DNA of 63,868 nt, the filler included, from Octopus bimaculoides (lineage: Eukaryota): assembly GCF_001194135.2 (NCBI RefSeq). It is 5 parts of 5 records of this genome, joined end to end, with 100 filler letters (N's around TTAATTAATTAA, not from the genome) between each part and the next. Parts side by side here need not be neighbours in the genome. Positions count along the whole stretch, not along the records: positions 22,208 to 52,201 come from NC_068990.1; 4 more parts are not named here. One strand, written 5' to 3'. Shown one piece after another: positions 26,630-37,274 of this stretch. The first letter of the stretch is position 1. Each line of letters starts with the position of its first letter. The notes under the pieces are model-generated. The model ran no database searches. It had not been told where the DNA came from and saw nothing but the letters and a program-made list of their open reading frames with translations. The position numbers and the translations under genes were made by a program.

Positions 26630-26800
26630 ATGTCAATACCTTGCCTATGTCTATTGCCATCTTCATTGGTGAGGGTCACAGTCTCTCCATCAATTCCTGC
26701 CTCTAGCAATGGTTGTGTGTTCAGCCAGAAGTGTTCCAATCCATTCTTTGATGATGTCTGACCATCATCTTCTCAGTGTCCTCTTTTTGCATATTCTTTT
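26630..26800 (-). mobile_element. RTE-like LINE C-terminal fragment
   Basis: Minus strand resembles R-x-RW-x-D-x-IKEW-x-G...A-x-x-R-x-x-WR (…RR*WSDIIKEWIG…ARGRN*WR). Confidence 0.5.
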
Positions 26801-27029
26801 CAAAATTCGGCAACATACCTCAGCTAAAAATATAACTAAAAGTTTAGGGAGACGAATTATATTCAGGTTACCTGGCATCGCCTTGTGGCACACCAGTGTG
26901 CCACTGCATACTGGTTATGGATCACTGTTCTATTTTCACAACATCAACTTCTGTACATCACCATTTTGAGTTCAAGAACTCACAGTGCCGTTAACCTCGT
27001 TTCCATTGAATATAAGTGAGAATACAACA

Positions 27030-27210
27030 TCGCCCCTGAATGGGATCCCAGTCCATTGTAGGGTTATTCATTTATAGCTGAGTGAACTGAAACAGAGTAT
27101 AATGAAGTGTCTTGTTTAAGAACACAACACATTGCCCTGTCCAGGAATCGAAACCATGGTCTTGCAATTGCGAGTGTAACTCTGTAACCCCTTGGTAATG
27201 TACCTTCATT
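27030..27210 (-). mobile_element. tRNA-derived SINE (CORE-like body)
   Basis: agctgagtgaactg...aagtgtcttg...aagaacacaac...ccaggaatcgaaacc; related to 43500-43580 (+) and 44760-44842 (-). Confidence 0.65.
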
Positions 27211-27754
27211 CTAGATACACAGTGGTTAGAAAAACGATGGGATGCTCAAAAATGGGATAGCTTTGATCACAGGTAAGTCCAGTCACAGTAAACCAATAAC
27301 AAGATTATTACTAGGTGGACTTAGCTGTTCTGAGATAAGTGTCTTGGCACCAAATCTGATGCAGTGCCAGCGACAGGGTCTGAACTACTGTTCTGTCATT
27401 TTCTTGTCCTTTTGCTCAATATCTCCACTTATTTTCAGTTAAAATGACTGACCCTCCCTGATCCGTGTCTGTTGTGAGACAAAATCCTGCCAGGCATTTT
27501 AATCCGACTCAATAAAATTCCGTTATTGTTCCACTCTGCTGTCTTCGATGCTTGAAATATTTATTTCATCAAAATTCTAAATGGTAAAGATGCATGTGAG
27601 ACATTGAAGATCATAGCAGCAAGTGTTTACCTGAAGGCTGAGAAATATTAAGTGCTTGGGAGATAAACTATCTTTACTAGTATGCGTGTGTGTATGAGTG
27701 TGAGTGTGTGTGCGTGCATGTATATATATATATATATATTGCACACACACTCAC

Positions 27755-27810
<56 letters not shown>

Positions 27811-28261
27811 TATATAGGCTTATATACATATACCTATATACCTACCCATCTCTCTCTCTCTCACTCTCTCTTTCTCTCTTGCTGCATACACACACACACA
27901 CACACACACAAATATATGCACACACATACACATTTATGTATATGTTTGTATATGTGAATGCACGTGTGTGTGTGTGTAACCTCTTTCGATACGTTGCAAC
28001 ATAGCACATTAACATTAATATGAAATATATTTCTGAACTGTAAGACCTGAATATTATGCAATTATCTCATACTTTCTTGTGTACATATGCACACTGACTT
28101 GGTCTCTCATCCAACCATGCATCCATACACACATCCACACAAACATAATGTACAGATGCAGCTAGAAGTAATTGCATGCATATTTTGTAATTGAGTAAAA
28201 CAGCTCTAATCTGGTAAAAACCAGATGTATTTTCATTATAAGTTTTGCACATGTACATATA

Positions 28262-29060
28262 TATATAATATAATATAATATAATATAATAATAGTGAAAT
28301 TGTTGTATACAGTGCTCAGGTACACTACAACTTGTCAAAAGTGCGTATAAAACATATGCAGTATTGTATAAATGTCTGGAAAGTGAACAGTGTATGAGTC
28401 AGATACATGCTTGCATGTGTATGGAGGGGAGAAAATCAGGTGTAGTGTTGGTGAATCTCAGGAAGCATGGAAGTTTTGAAGGATGCAGTGCTCCGACAAC
28501 TAACAACTGATGCTGGCAGTTTGTTCCATACTTCAGCAACTCTTAGCGTGAAAAAGTGTTTCCGAAGGTCATGGGAGCTGTGCGGTTTTCTGACTTTGTA
28601 AACATGTCCATGGGTGTTAGACAGGTGGAATTTGAAAAGGTGCTCAGAGTTATTGTTAGTAAGATGGTTAATAATTTTTTGGGCGTCTGCCAAGTCAGCT
28701 GCCAGACGTCGGAGTTTCAATGTATCCATACCCAGAGAAGTAAGGCGTTCAGAATATGGCAAATGCCTGATGGAGGGTATTCTCTTGGTTGCACGTCGTT
28801 GAACGGTTTCCAGACGATTAATATCCTGGGCAAGATAGGGGTTCCAGCCCGGAGACGCAAATTCCAGGTGAGGCCACACCATAGCTATATAAAGCCTCAG
28901 ATAGATAGCCGGAGAACTTCTCACAAAGGACTTGGTAAGTGATGCCAAGACATCCTCAGCCTTCTTGGCAATTTTAGCAATGTGTTTTATCCAACGCATA
29001 TGGCTGTCAACAATAATGCCCAGGTCACATTCGCAAGAAGACTTTTTGAGATTAGTGTTG
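28262..29060 (-). mobile_element. CR1-group LINE 3' fragment
   Basis: CDLGIIVD..., PHLEFASPGWNP, LETVQRRATK, YSERL..L..L..RR, FFTLRVAEVWNKLP; stop at 28436, then a 3' UTR and an (ATTAT)n tail. Confidence 0.9.
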
Positions 29061-29138
29061 TAGAAGGAGTAAGCAGACGCTGGGTTTTTCCTCCCAAAAT
29101 GCATAGTGGTACATTTGTGTGTGTATATACATATATAT

Positions 29139-29558
29139 AAACGAGGGTGAGTCACAAAGTAATGCAATTTTGTTTAGGACAGGTATAATTACCAACACAG
29201 GAACATGTATCATACATCAAAATGAAGCTGGTCCTCTGTGGATCACATCCCTACTTCTCAACATAGTGACCGTTTCTCTCAATAGCAATGTTCCACCTTC
29301 GAATGAGAGCATGTATCCCTGTCCCGTAAAATTCTGTTGACTGTTCTTTGAGCCACTTCACTACAGTTTTCACTTCCTCGTCAGACTATCATCTCTTCGG
29401 CTCCACGAAAGAGGGTTTGAGAGGCAAACATTATTCCAGTGACGAAGAAGTGAAAACTGTATTGAAGAAGTGACTCAAAGAACAGTCAACAGAATGTTAC
29501 GGGGCAGGGATACATGCTCTCTTTCGAAGGTGGAACATTGCTATTGAGAGAAACGGTG
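29139..29558. mobile_element. Mariner-derived fold-back non-autonomous element
   Basis: Starts with a mariner-like terminus (a)cgagggtgagtc. Plus strand reads SDYHLFGSTKEGLRGKHYSSDEEVKT...RWNIAIERNG, and the minus strand repeats the same C-terminus to ERNGHYVEK*. Arms are about 29271-29383 and 29440-29556. Confidence 0.85.
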
Positions 29559-30214
29559 CTCCAGCATGGCTGCAGTCAATTGACTGAAACAAGTAAAAGA
29601 ATATGTGTATAGAATGTTGGTAATGATGGGAGGTAGGAGGAGGAGAAGGCATAAGGTAGAAGAAAGGAAGTGGAGGAAAGAGCGAGAGAGAAAGAAAGGA
29701 AAACATGTAAGATTAATAGAGAGGTGATATTAGAGGGAGGGTGAGATCGAGGAAGAGGGTTAGAGAGGTAAAGAGAGAGTTGCACAATGTGGAAGGATGA
29801 GAAGATTAGCAGAGGAACAGAGAAATAGGTGGCGGTGGAGGTGGGGGAATGAGGACAGAATGAGTGAAAGAGGCGCAAAAGAGAGAGAGGGAGGGAAGGG
29901 TAAGTGGTAGAGACTGACATAGAAATAGAGAAAGGGAAGCAGAGAGAGATGGATATAGAGAGAAGAAGAGTTATATATATGTGTGAGTGTGTGTGGGGGG
30001 GTATGTATATATATGTATGTGTGTATATATACACATATATGTGTGTGTTTGTATGTATATATGTCTATATATATGTACATACACACAAATACATATATAT
30101 ATATACATATATATCTATATCTATCTATCTATATATATATATATATAGGTATATATACATATGTATTTAAACACAAATACATATGTATATATACATATAT
30201 ATCTAGATAAATTT

Positions 30215-30272
30215 GTCCAACCCATGCTAGCATGGAAAGCAGACGTTAAACGATGATGATGATGATGATGAT
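30215..30272 (+). mobile_element. Short 3' end of the (GAT)n-tailed RTE-type element
   Basis: gtccaacccatgctagcatggaaagcagacgttaaacgatgatgat. Confidence 0.85.
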
Positions 30273-31073
30273 AAATATATATGTATATACACACATGCAC
30301 ATAAATATGTATGTGTGTATATATATATGTCCTCCTGGGGCTAAAAGCAACAGTAACATCCACCCCTAGGGGTCAGCCACACTTAAGTGGCAATATACTA
30401 CACTTTATCATGCAGTTACTGTTAATACTTCATTTAGAGAATTAACATTGCTTATATATATATATATNNNNNNNNNNNNNNNNNNNNNNNNNNNNNNNNN
30501 NNNNNNNNNNNNNNNNNNNNNNNNNNNNNNNNNNNNNNNNNNNNNNNNNNNNNNNNNNNNNNNNNNNNNNNNNNNNNNNNNNNNNNNNNNNNNNNNNNNN
30601 NNNNNNNNNNNNNNNNNNNNNNNNNNNNNNNNNNNNNNNNNNNNNNNNNNNNNNNNNNNNNNNNNNNNNNNNNNNNNNNNNNNNNNNNNNNNNNNNNNNN
30701 NNNNNNNNNNNNNNNNNNNNNNNNNNNNNNNNNNNNNNNNNNNNNNNNNNNNNNNNNNNNNNNNNNNNNNNNNNNNNNNNNNNNNNNNNNNNNNNNNNNN
30801 NNNNNNNNNNNNNNNNNNNNNNNNNNNNNNNNNNNNNNNNNNNNNNNNNNNNNNNNNNNNNNNNNNNNNNNNNNNNNNNNNNNNNNNNNNNNNNNNNNNN
30901 NNNNNNNNNNNNNNNNNNNNNNNNNNNNNNNNNNNNNNNNTATATATATATATATATATATGTATATGTATATAGACACAGACACACCCACATCAATATG
31001 TATGCATGTATCTGTCAATCTGTGCATACATATGGATAGAGAGAGGGAAAGTAAGAGTGAGTAATAAACTGAA

Positions 31074-31166
<93 letters not shown>

Positions 31167-31388
31167 TGATGGTTAGTGTGTAGGAGTATGAGCATGTGAG
31201 CTTTTGCGTGTGTGTGTGCGTGCGTTGGTATGTTTCTGTGTGAGCGATTAAACCGTTCATGTTGTTGTTGTTGTTGGAAACGTTTGTCAGGGTAAATGGT
31301 TTTCTAAATACATCGCTGACATGCAATCGTTTATTTTGGAGTCTTTCACTTCAGGGGTTATTGCGCACAAATAACAACAACGACAACA

Positions 31389-31587
<199 letters not shown>

Positions 31588-32473
31588 NNNNNNNNNNNNN
31601 NNNNNNNNNNNNNNNNNNNNNNNNNNNNNNNNNNNNNNNNNNNNNNNNNNNNNNNNNNNNNNNNNNNNNNNNNNNNNNNNNNNNNNNNNNNNNNNNNNNN
31701 NNNNNNNNNNNNNNNNNNNNNNNNNNNNNNNNNNNNNNNNNNNNNNNNNNNNNNNNNNNNNNNNNNNNNNNNNNNNNNNNNNNNNNNNNNNNNNNNNNNN
31801 NNNNNNNNNNNNNNNNNNNNNNNNNNNNNNNNNNNNNNNNNNNNNNNNNNNNNNNNNNNNNNNNNNNNNNNNNNNNNNNNNNNNNNNNNNNNNNNNNNNN
31901 NNNNNNNNNNNNNNNNNNNNNNNNNNNNNNNNNNNNNNNNNNNNNNNNNNNNNNNNNNNNNNNNNNNNNNNNNNNNNNNNNNNNNNNNNNNNNNNNNNNN
32001 NNNNNNNNNNNNNNNNNNNNNNNNNNNNNNNNNNNNNNNNNNNNNNNNNNNNNNNNNNNNNNNNNNNNNNNNNNNNNNNNNNNNNNNNNNNNNNNNNNNN
32101 NNNNNNNNNNNNNNNNNNNNNNNNNNNNNNNNNNNNNNNNNNNNNNNNNNNNNNNNNNNNNNNNNNNNNNNNNNNNNNNNNNNNNNNNNNNNNNNNNNNN
32201 NNNNNNNNNNNNNNNNNNNNNNNNNNNNNNNNNNNNNNNNNNNNNNNNNNNNNNNNNNNNNNNNNNNNNNNNNNNNNNNATATAATTTAGAGAAGAACCA
32301 CCATGGTGCAACTCGCACGAAGAAGGAGATCAGACATCATCAAGAAAAGTGTACTATACAAAACTAGTTTAAAAATCTAAAAAATCCAAGGGAGAAATTA
32401 TAATACATAAAATCTATGAAATATTGGACTAAGAATTAAAATCGGTTACGTTTAAGAAACGAAAGTGGGAGAA

Positions 32474-32579
32474 AGACTACGCGCGTTTCATGGCCATATA
32501 ACAGTGGGAAATATCTGATCAATCTACAATGAATCGAACAAAATAAATACCACGCAATATGAGGACACTCTTCAGGTCC
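32474..32579 (-). ncRNA. Type I hammerhead-like motif with an extended stem II
   Basis: Minus strand GGAC-CTGAAGA-GTGTCC...GGCCAT-GAAAC-GCGC-GT-A-GTCT: intact core, stem I GAC/GTC, palindromic helix III ACGCGCGT. Confidence 0.6.
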
Positions 32580-32881
32580 GGTAACTTCAAAAAACGTATC
32601 TGAAATTTAAAAATGTATAAAATAAGAAAAGTATAAAAATCTGTCCGTTTAAGTAACATTTAGTACAAAGGAAATTGTCAAGGTTTTATAATACAACACA
32701 TCAAATAGCAATAAATATCTGTCAAATTTAAGGCATAAAACGTCAATTAGGGAGATAAAATCTGTAGATAAGGAAAAGGAAACATATATAACGAAAGTGT
32801 GATTAGCTATTAAAGGGGGAAAAACGTGCAAGAATATAAGGGAAAAAGCAATATCACTTAACTTAACGAGGAAACTTGGTT

Positions 32882-33173
32882 GAATTTTCGTTAGCTGAAA
32901 TATGTTTGTGACATATTTCCATTGTTAAAAGGCAAATACACTGCAGTTACCATGGAGAATATATCTCTCTTATAGTAGAATGATGTGAAGACACCTGGTT
33001 CATTCAGCGTCACCATCGATGTCTGGGATTCACCATAGATGGTGACACTGAATGAACCAGGTGTCTTCACATCTTTTTACTATAAGAGAGATATATTCTC
33101 CATGGTAACTGCAGTGTATTTGCCTTTTAACAGTTGAAATATATCACTAACGTATTTCACCTAACCTAAATTC
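32882..33173. repeat. Near-perfect palindromic element (MITE-like; ~136-bp arms, 20-nt loop)
   Basis: 32882-33017 is the reverse complement of 33038-33173; the inner ~100 bp are almost identical. Confidence 0.93.
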
Positions 33174-33379
33174 TGCTTATGCCTAAGTACTACTTAGCAT
33201 TAACATGTCATCATATGTATATATATGGAAGGTTTGGAGGTGATGTACAGGAATTATATAGTAGAAAAAAATTGAAGGTACCCGAAATCTGGATGGTTGT
33301 ACATTTACAAATTTTTATTAATATGTCACAGATTTTATAAATCATATAAAGCGCTTGTCACCTAGTCTTGTAGGATTTT

Positions 33380-33423
<44 letters not shown>

Positions 33424-33916
33424 NNNNNNNNNNNNNNNNNNNNNNNNNNNNNNNNNNNNNNNNNNNNNNNNNNNNNNNNNNNNNNNNNNNNNNNNNNNNN
33501 NNNNNNNNNNNNNNNNNNNNNNNNNNNNNNNNNNNNNNNNNNNNNNNNNNNNNNNNNNNNNNNNNNNNNNNNNNNNNNNNNNNNNNNNNNNNNNTTTACA
33601 AGTGGAAGAGTACTGTGTTTGTTGACCAGTTTCGCTTTCACTAATCGTGACATTCAAATTATTGTAATTTCGTATTTTCTTAAGAAAATGTTAGTCCATG
33701 TTGTGAATGGGAGTTTGTGAGTGAAATGAATCAACAAGTAGAAAAATCTAAGGGGAAGTAATTGGTGATCATTATAATTCGGGACAGGGGAGGTAACTGC
33801 TCATATTTTAGGGAGAGGATAAATAAATATACTCAAAATCCAAAGTAGTGAGATGATGTATTTTCAGTGATGAGTATGTGAACATGAATTAAAATGTATG
33901 CTGTGACCAAAGTTAG

Positions 33917-34141
33917 TTATGCGTTCATATTTAGGCGTGTTCTGTATTTTTCGATAAATAAATTTTCTTTATTTAAATGTTCTTGTACAGAAATTGGTTC
34001 TTTGCATTGGTAGATGTTGAGGTTTATATCATTTAGTATTGATTTAAATTCCAAAAATTTATCGATGGTCTGTCTCATTCCAAATGTTAAAGCAGTCATC
34101 CAGATATCTTTTCTAGTTTCTCTTATATACTGGTGAAATGG
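33917..34141 (-). mobile_element. Penelope-like fragment: RT YLDD region joined to a GIY-YIG-like C-terminus
   Basis: YLDD at 34095-34106, FLEFKSILNDIN, then YQCKEPISVQEHLNKENLFIEKYRTRLNMNA*. Confidence 0.7.
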
Positions 34142-34189
34142 TTGTCCATATTTTTGCCGTGAAACTTCATATATGGCGAATTCACTGCC

Positions 34190-34620
34190 AAAATATAGAC
34201 TTCCATTTCACCAGTATATAAGAGAAAACTAGAAAAAAATATCTGGATGACTGCTCTATCATTTGGAAAGAAACCATTGATAGACTTTTGGAATTTAAAT
34301 CAATACTAAATAATATAAACCCTAACATTCAATTTACAATGGAATACAGCGAAGAACAACTCTTTTTCTTTAACATTATGATAAAATAAGGCAACAACCA
34401 ACTTGTAATTGACATTTATCATAAACCAATGGACTCAAAACAAAATCTTCTTTTTAACTCATGTCACCTGAAACACATGAAAAGAAATATCCACTTTAAT
34501 TTAGCAAAAAGGATTTAAGACCGCAGAACAACACTAACTGAGAGACACTATTCATCCTCACCTGTAGACAATGGAATTGAGCATGCCAAAAAATTAGGCA
34601 TTAAAACACTAAGGGAAACA
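34190..34620 (+). mobile_element. Penelope-like RT fragment
   Basis: YLDDCSIIW...LNNINPNIQFTMEYS (YLDD at 34240) and DIYHKPMDSKQNLLFNSCH...KRNIHFNLAKRI, characteristic of PLE RT and thumb. Confidence 0.88.
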
Positions 34621-34647
34621 AAATGTAACACCACGCTACATCTCAAA

Positions 34648-34960
34648 ACATCATCATCATCGTTTAACGTCCGCTTTCCATGCTGGCATGGGTTGGACGG
34701 TTTGACTGGGGATTGGTGAGCCAGAAGGCTGCACCAAGCTCAATCTGATCTGGTAAAGCTTCTACAGCTGGATGCCCTTCCTAACTCCAACCACTCTGAG
34801 AGTGTAGTGGGTGTTTTGTATGTCACCGACACGAGGGTCAGTCAAGCAGTTCTGGCAACGACCATGCTCAAAAGGTGTTTTTTTGCATGCTACCTGCACG
34901 GGAGCCAGTCCGGCAGCACTGGCAATGACCACGCTCGAATGTTGTTCTTCATGTGCCACC
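34648..34960 (-). mobile_element. (GAT)n-tailed RTE-type 3' element
   Basis: catcatcatcgtttaacgtccgctttccatgctggcatgggttggacgg...tacagctggatgcccttcctaac; same family at 49705, 57272 and 62715. Confidence 0.88.
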
Positions 34961-35139
34961 GTATATATCAACTCACAACCCTAGAAACAATGAAGCATAC
35001 AACACTATTGTGCAAGATCTACCTATGCTTGCAAGGGATCCAAAAATGAACAACATTCTGAAAACATAAATTCATCAGATGCAAACACAAACACATGCAA
35101 ACACAAACACATGCAAACACAAACACACACACGCACACA

Positions 35140-35203
<64 letters not shown>

Positions 35204-35933
35204 NNNNNNNNNNNNNNNNNNNNNNNNNNNNNNNNNNNNNNNNNNNNNNNNNNNNNNNNNNNNNNNNNNNNNNNNNNNNNNNNNNNNNNNNNNNNNNNNN
35301 NNNNNNNNNNNNNNNNNNNNNNNNNNNNNNNNNNNNNNNNNNNNNNNNNNNNNNNNNNNNNNNNNNNNNNNNNNNNNNNNNNNNNNNNNNNNNNNNNNNN
35401 NNNNNNNNNNNNNNNNNNNNNNNNNNNNNNNNNNNNNNNNNNNNNNNNNNNNNNNNNNNNNNNNNNNNNNNNNNNNNNNNNNNNNNNNNNNNNNNNNNNN
35501 NNNNNNNNNNNNNNNNNNNNNNNNNNNNNNNNNNNNNNNNNNNNNNNNNNNNNNNNNNNNNNNNNNNNNNNNNNNNNNNNNNNNNNNNNNNNNNNNNNNN
35601 NNNNNNNNNNNNNNNNNNNNNNNNNNNNNNNNNNNNNNNNNNNNNNNNNNNNNNNNNNNNNNNNNNNNNNNNNNNNNNNNNNNNNNNNNNNNNNNNNNNN
35701 NNNNNNNNNNNNNNNNNNNNNNNNNNNNNNNNNNNNNNNNNNNNNNNNNNNNNNNNNNNNNNNNNNNNNNNNNNNNNNNNNNNNNNNNNNNNNNNNNNNN
35801 NNNNNNNNNNNNNNNNNNNNNNNNNNNNNNNNNNNNNNNNNNNNNNNNNNNNNNNNNNNNNNNNNNNNNNNNNNNNNNNNNNNNNNNNNNNNNNNNNNNN
35901 NNNNNNNNNNNNNNNNNNNNNNNNNNNNNNNNN

Positions 35934-35978
<45 letters not shown>

Positions 35979-36044
35979 TTGCTGTTGCTACTGCTGCTAC
36001 TACTGCTACTGCTGCTACTACTAGTGCGACTAGTACTGCTGCTT

Positions 36045-36092
<48 letters not shown>

Positions 36093-36232
36093 TTGCTGTT
36101 GCTACTGCTGCTACTACTGCTACTGCTGCTACTACTACTGCGACTAGTACTGCTGCCACTACTACTTCTACTACGACTAGTACTGCTGCTACTACTACTA
36201 CTGCTGCTTTTGCTGCTGCTACGACGACCCCC
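35934..36232. repeat. (CTA/CTG)n compound microsatellite with an internal duplicated block
   Basis: tactattgctgttgctactgctgctactactgctactgctgctactact..gcgactagtactgctgc occurs twice. Confidence 0.92.
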
Positions 36233-36453
36233 CCACCACGACCACGACCACCTCCATCACAAAAGAAGGAAATAAATACTAATTTAAAAAGAAAAAACAA
36301 ATACTCAAAAAGACATGGTTTGCCCCTGGTAGGAAATATGTCATCCAAGGGGAAATAATTTCTTTTCAGACATATTTGAAGATTCTGTATATTTAATTTT
36401 TAACTTAAACATCTTTAAATTCCTTTTTTTTCACACAAAATAAGTTGCAGTCA

Positions 36454-36715
36454 TAGCATGTTGTCAACTTAATGTGACAGTCCTATAAAAGGGAAGAATG
36501 CTACTGTTATTTAGCCCAAGGAAACACCATTTCCTGTTGGCCTTGACACATTTCCTATGTCCTTATGTTTACAAAGTGGAGACAAGCACCTCCACCCAGC
36601 AAAGCCAGCATCCAGGAAATGTGTCGAGGCTAACAGGAAACAGTGTTTCCTAGGGCTAACAACAGTAGCATTCTTCCCTTTCATGGGAATGTCACATTAA
36701 GTTGACAACATACTA
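36454..36715. repeat. Palindromic MITE-like element (~100-bp arms)
   Basis: 36458-36556 is the reverse complement of 36614-36711; a partial related copy lies at about 30333-30425. Confidence 0.88.
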
Positions 36716-37274
36716 TCACTTTATCGTGCTGCTACTGCATAAATCTCTCTGAGAGATTTAGAAATATATTATTTCCAAAATAAGGTGAAATTCTTAATTT
36801 TTTTCTCTTGTGGTTTTGGTAACCATGCATAGCACTACTTCATCCGCCTTGGGAATTAGTAGCACAGTATAACTCAAGATGCAAGTTAATTATGTGAAGT
36901 TAAATTCAGCCTTCTATGAAGATACAAATTAAGAAGGAAGACAGAAGACAAGAAACAGAATCATGGTTCAAAAGACACATTACATGTTTTTCTTCTTTTT
37001 TCATTCTAATTCGTTTGCTGTTTAGGAATAGGGAAAGAAGGAGAGAGAGTGGGAAGTTCTAACATCAAAATAAGATATTACCAGGACATCTCAGCTTTGC
37101 AAAAAGTCCTCTGGTAAGCTACATGTAATGTAATTGCCACAAGCTAGTCTGCTCTTTTAGGGTGCCAAAAGCAATACCAAAACTGAAAGCAAAATTATTC
37201 TTCATGTTGATTTTATTTTAACCCCTCATGTGCAGAGTCATTACCATATGGGCAGGTGTGGGATGAAGTGACCA

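Noticed and set aside
33620-33700. GAAACTGGTC motif in the Penelope 3' region
   Set aside because: No convincing CUGANGA core or stem I partner is nearby.
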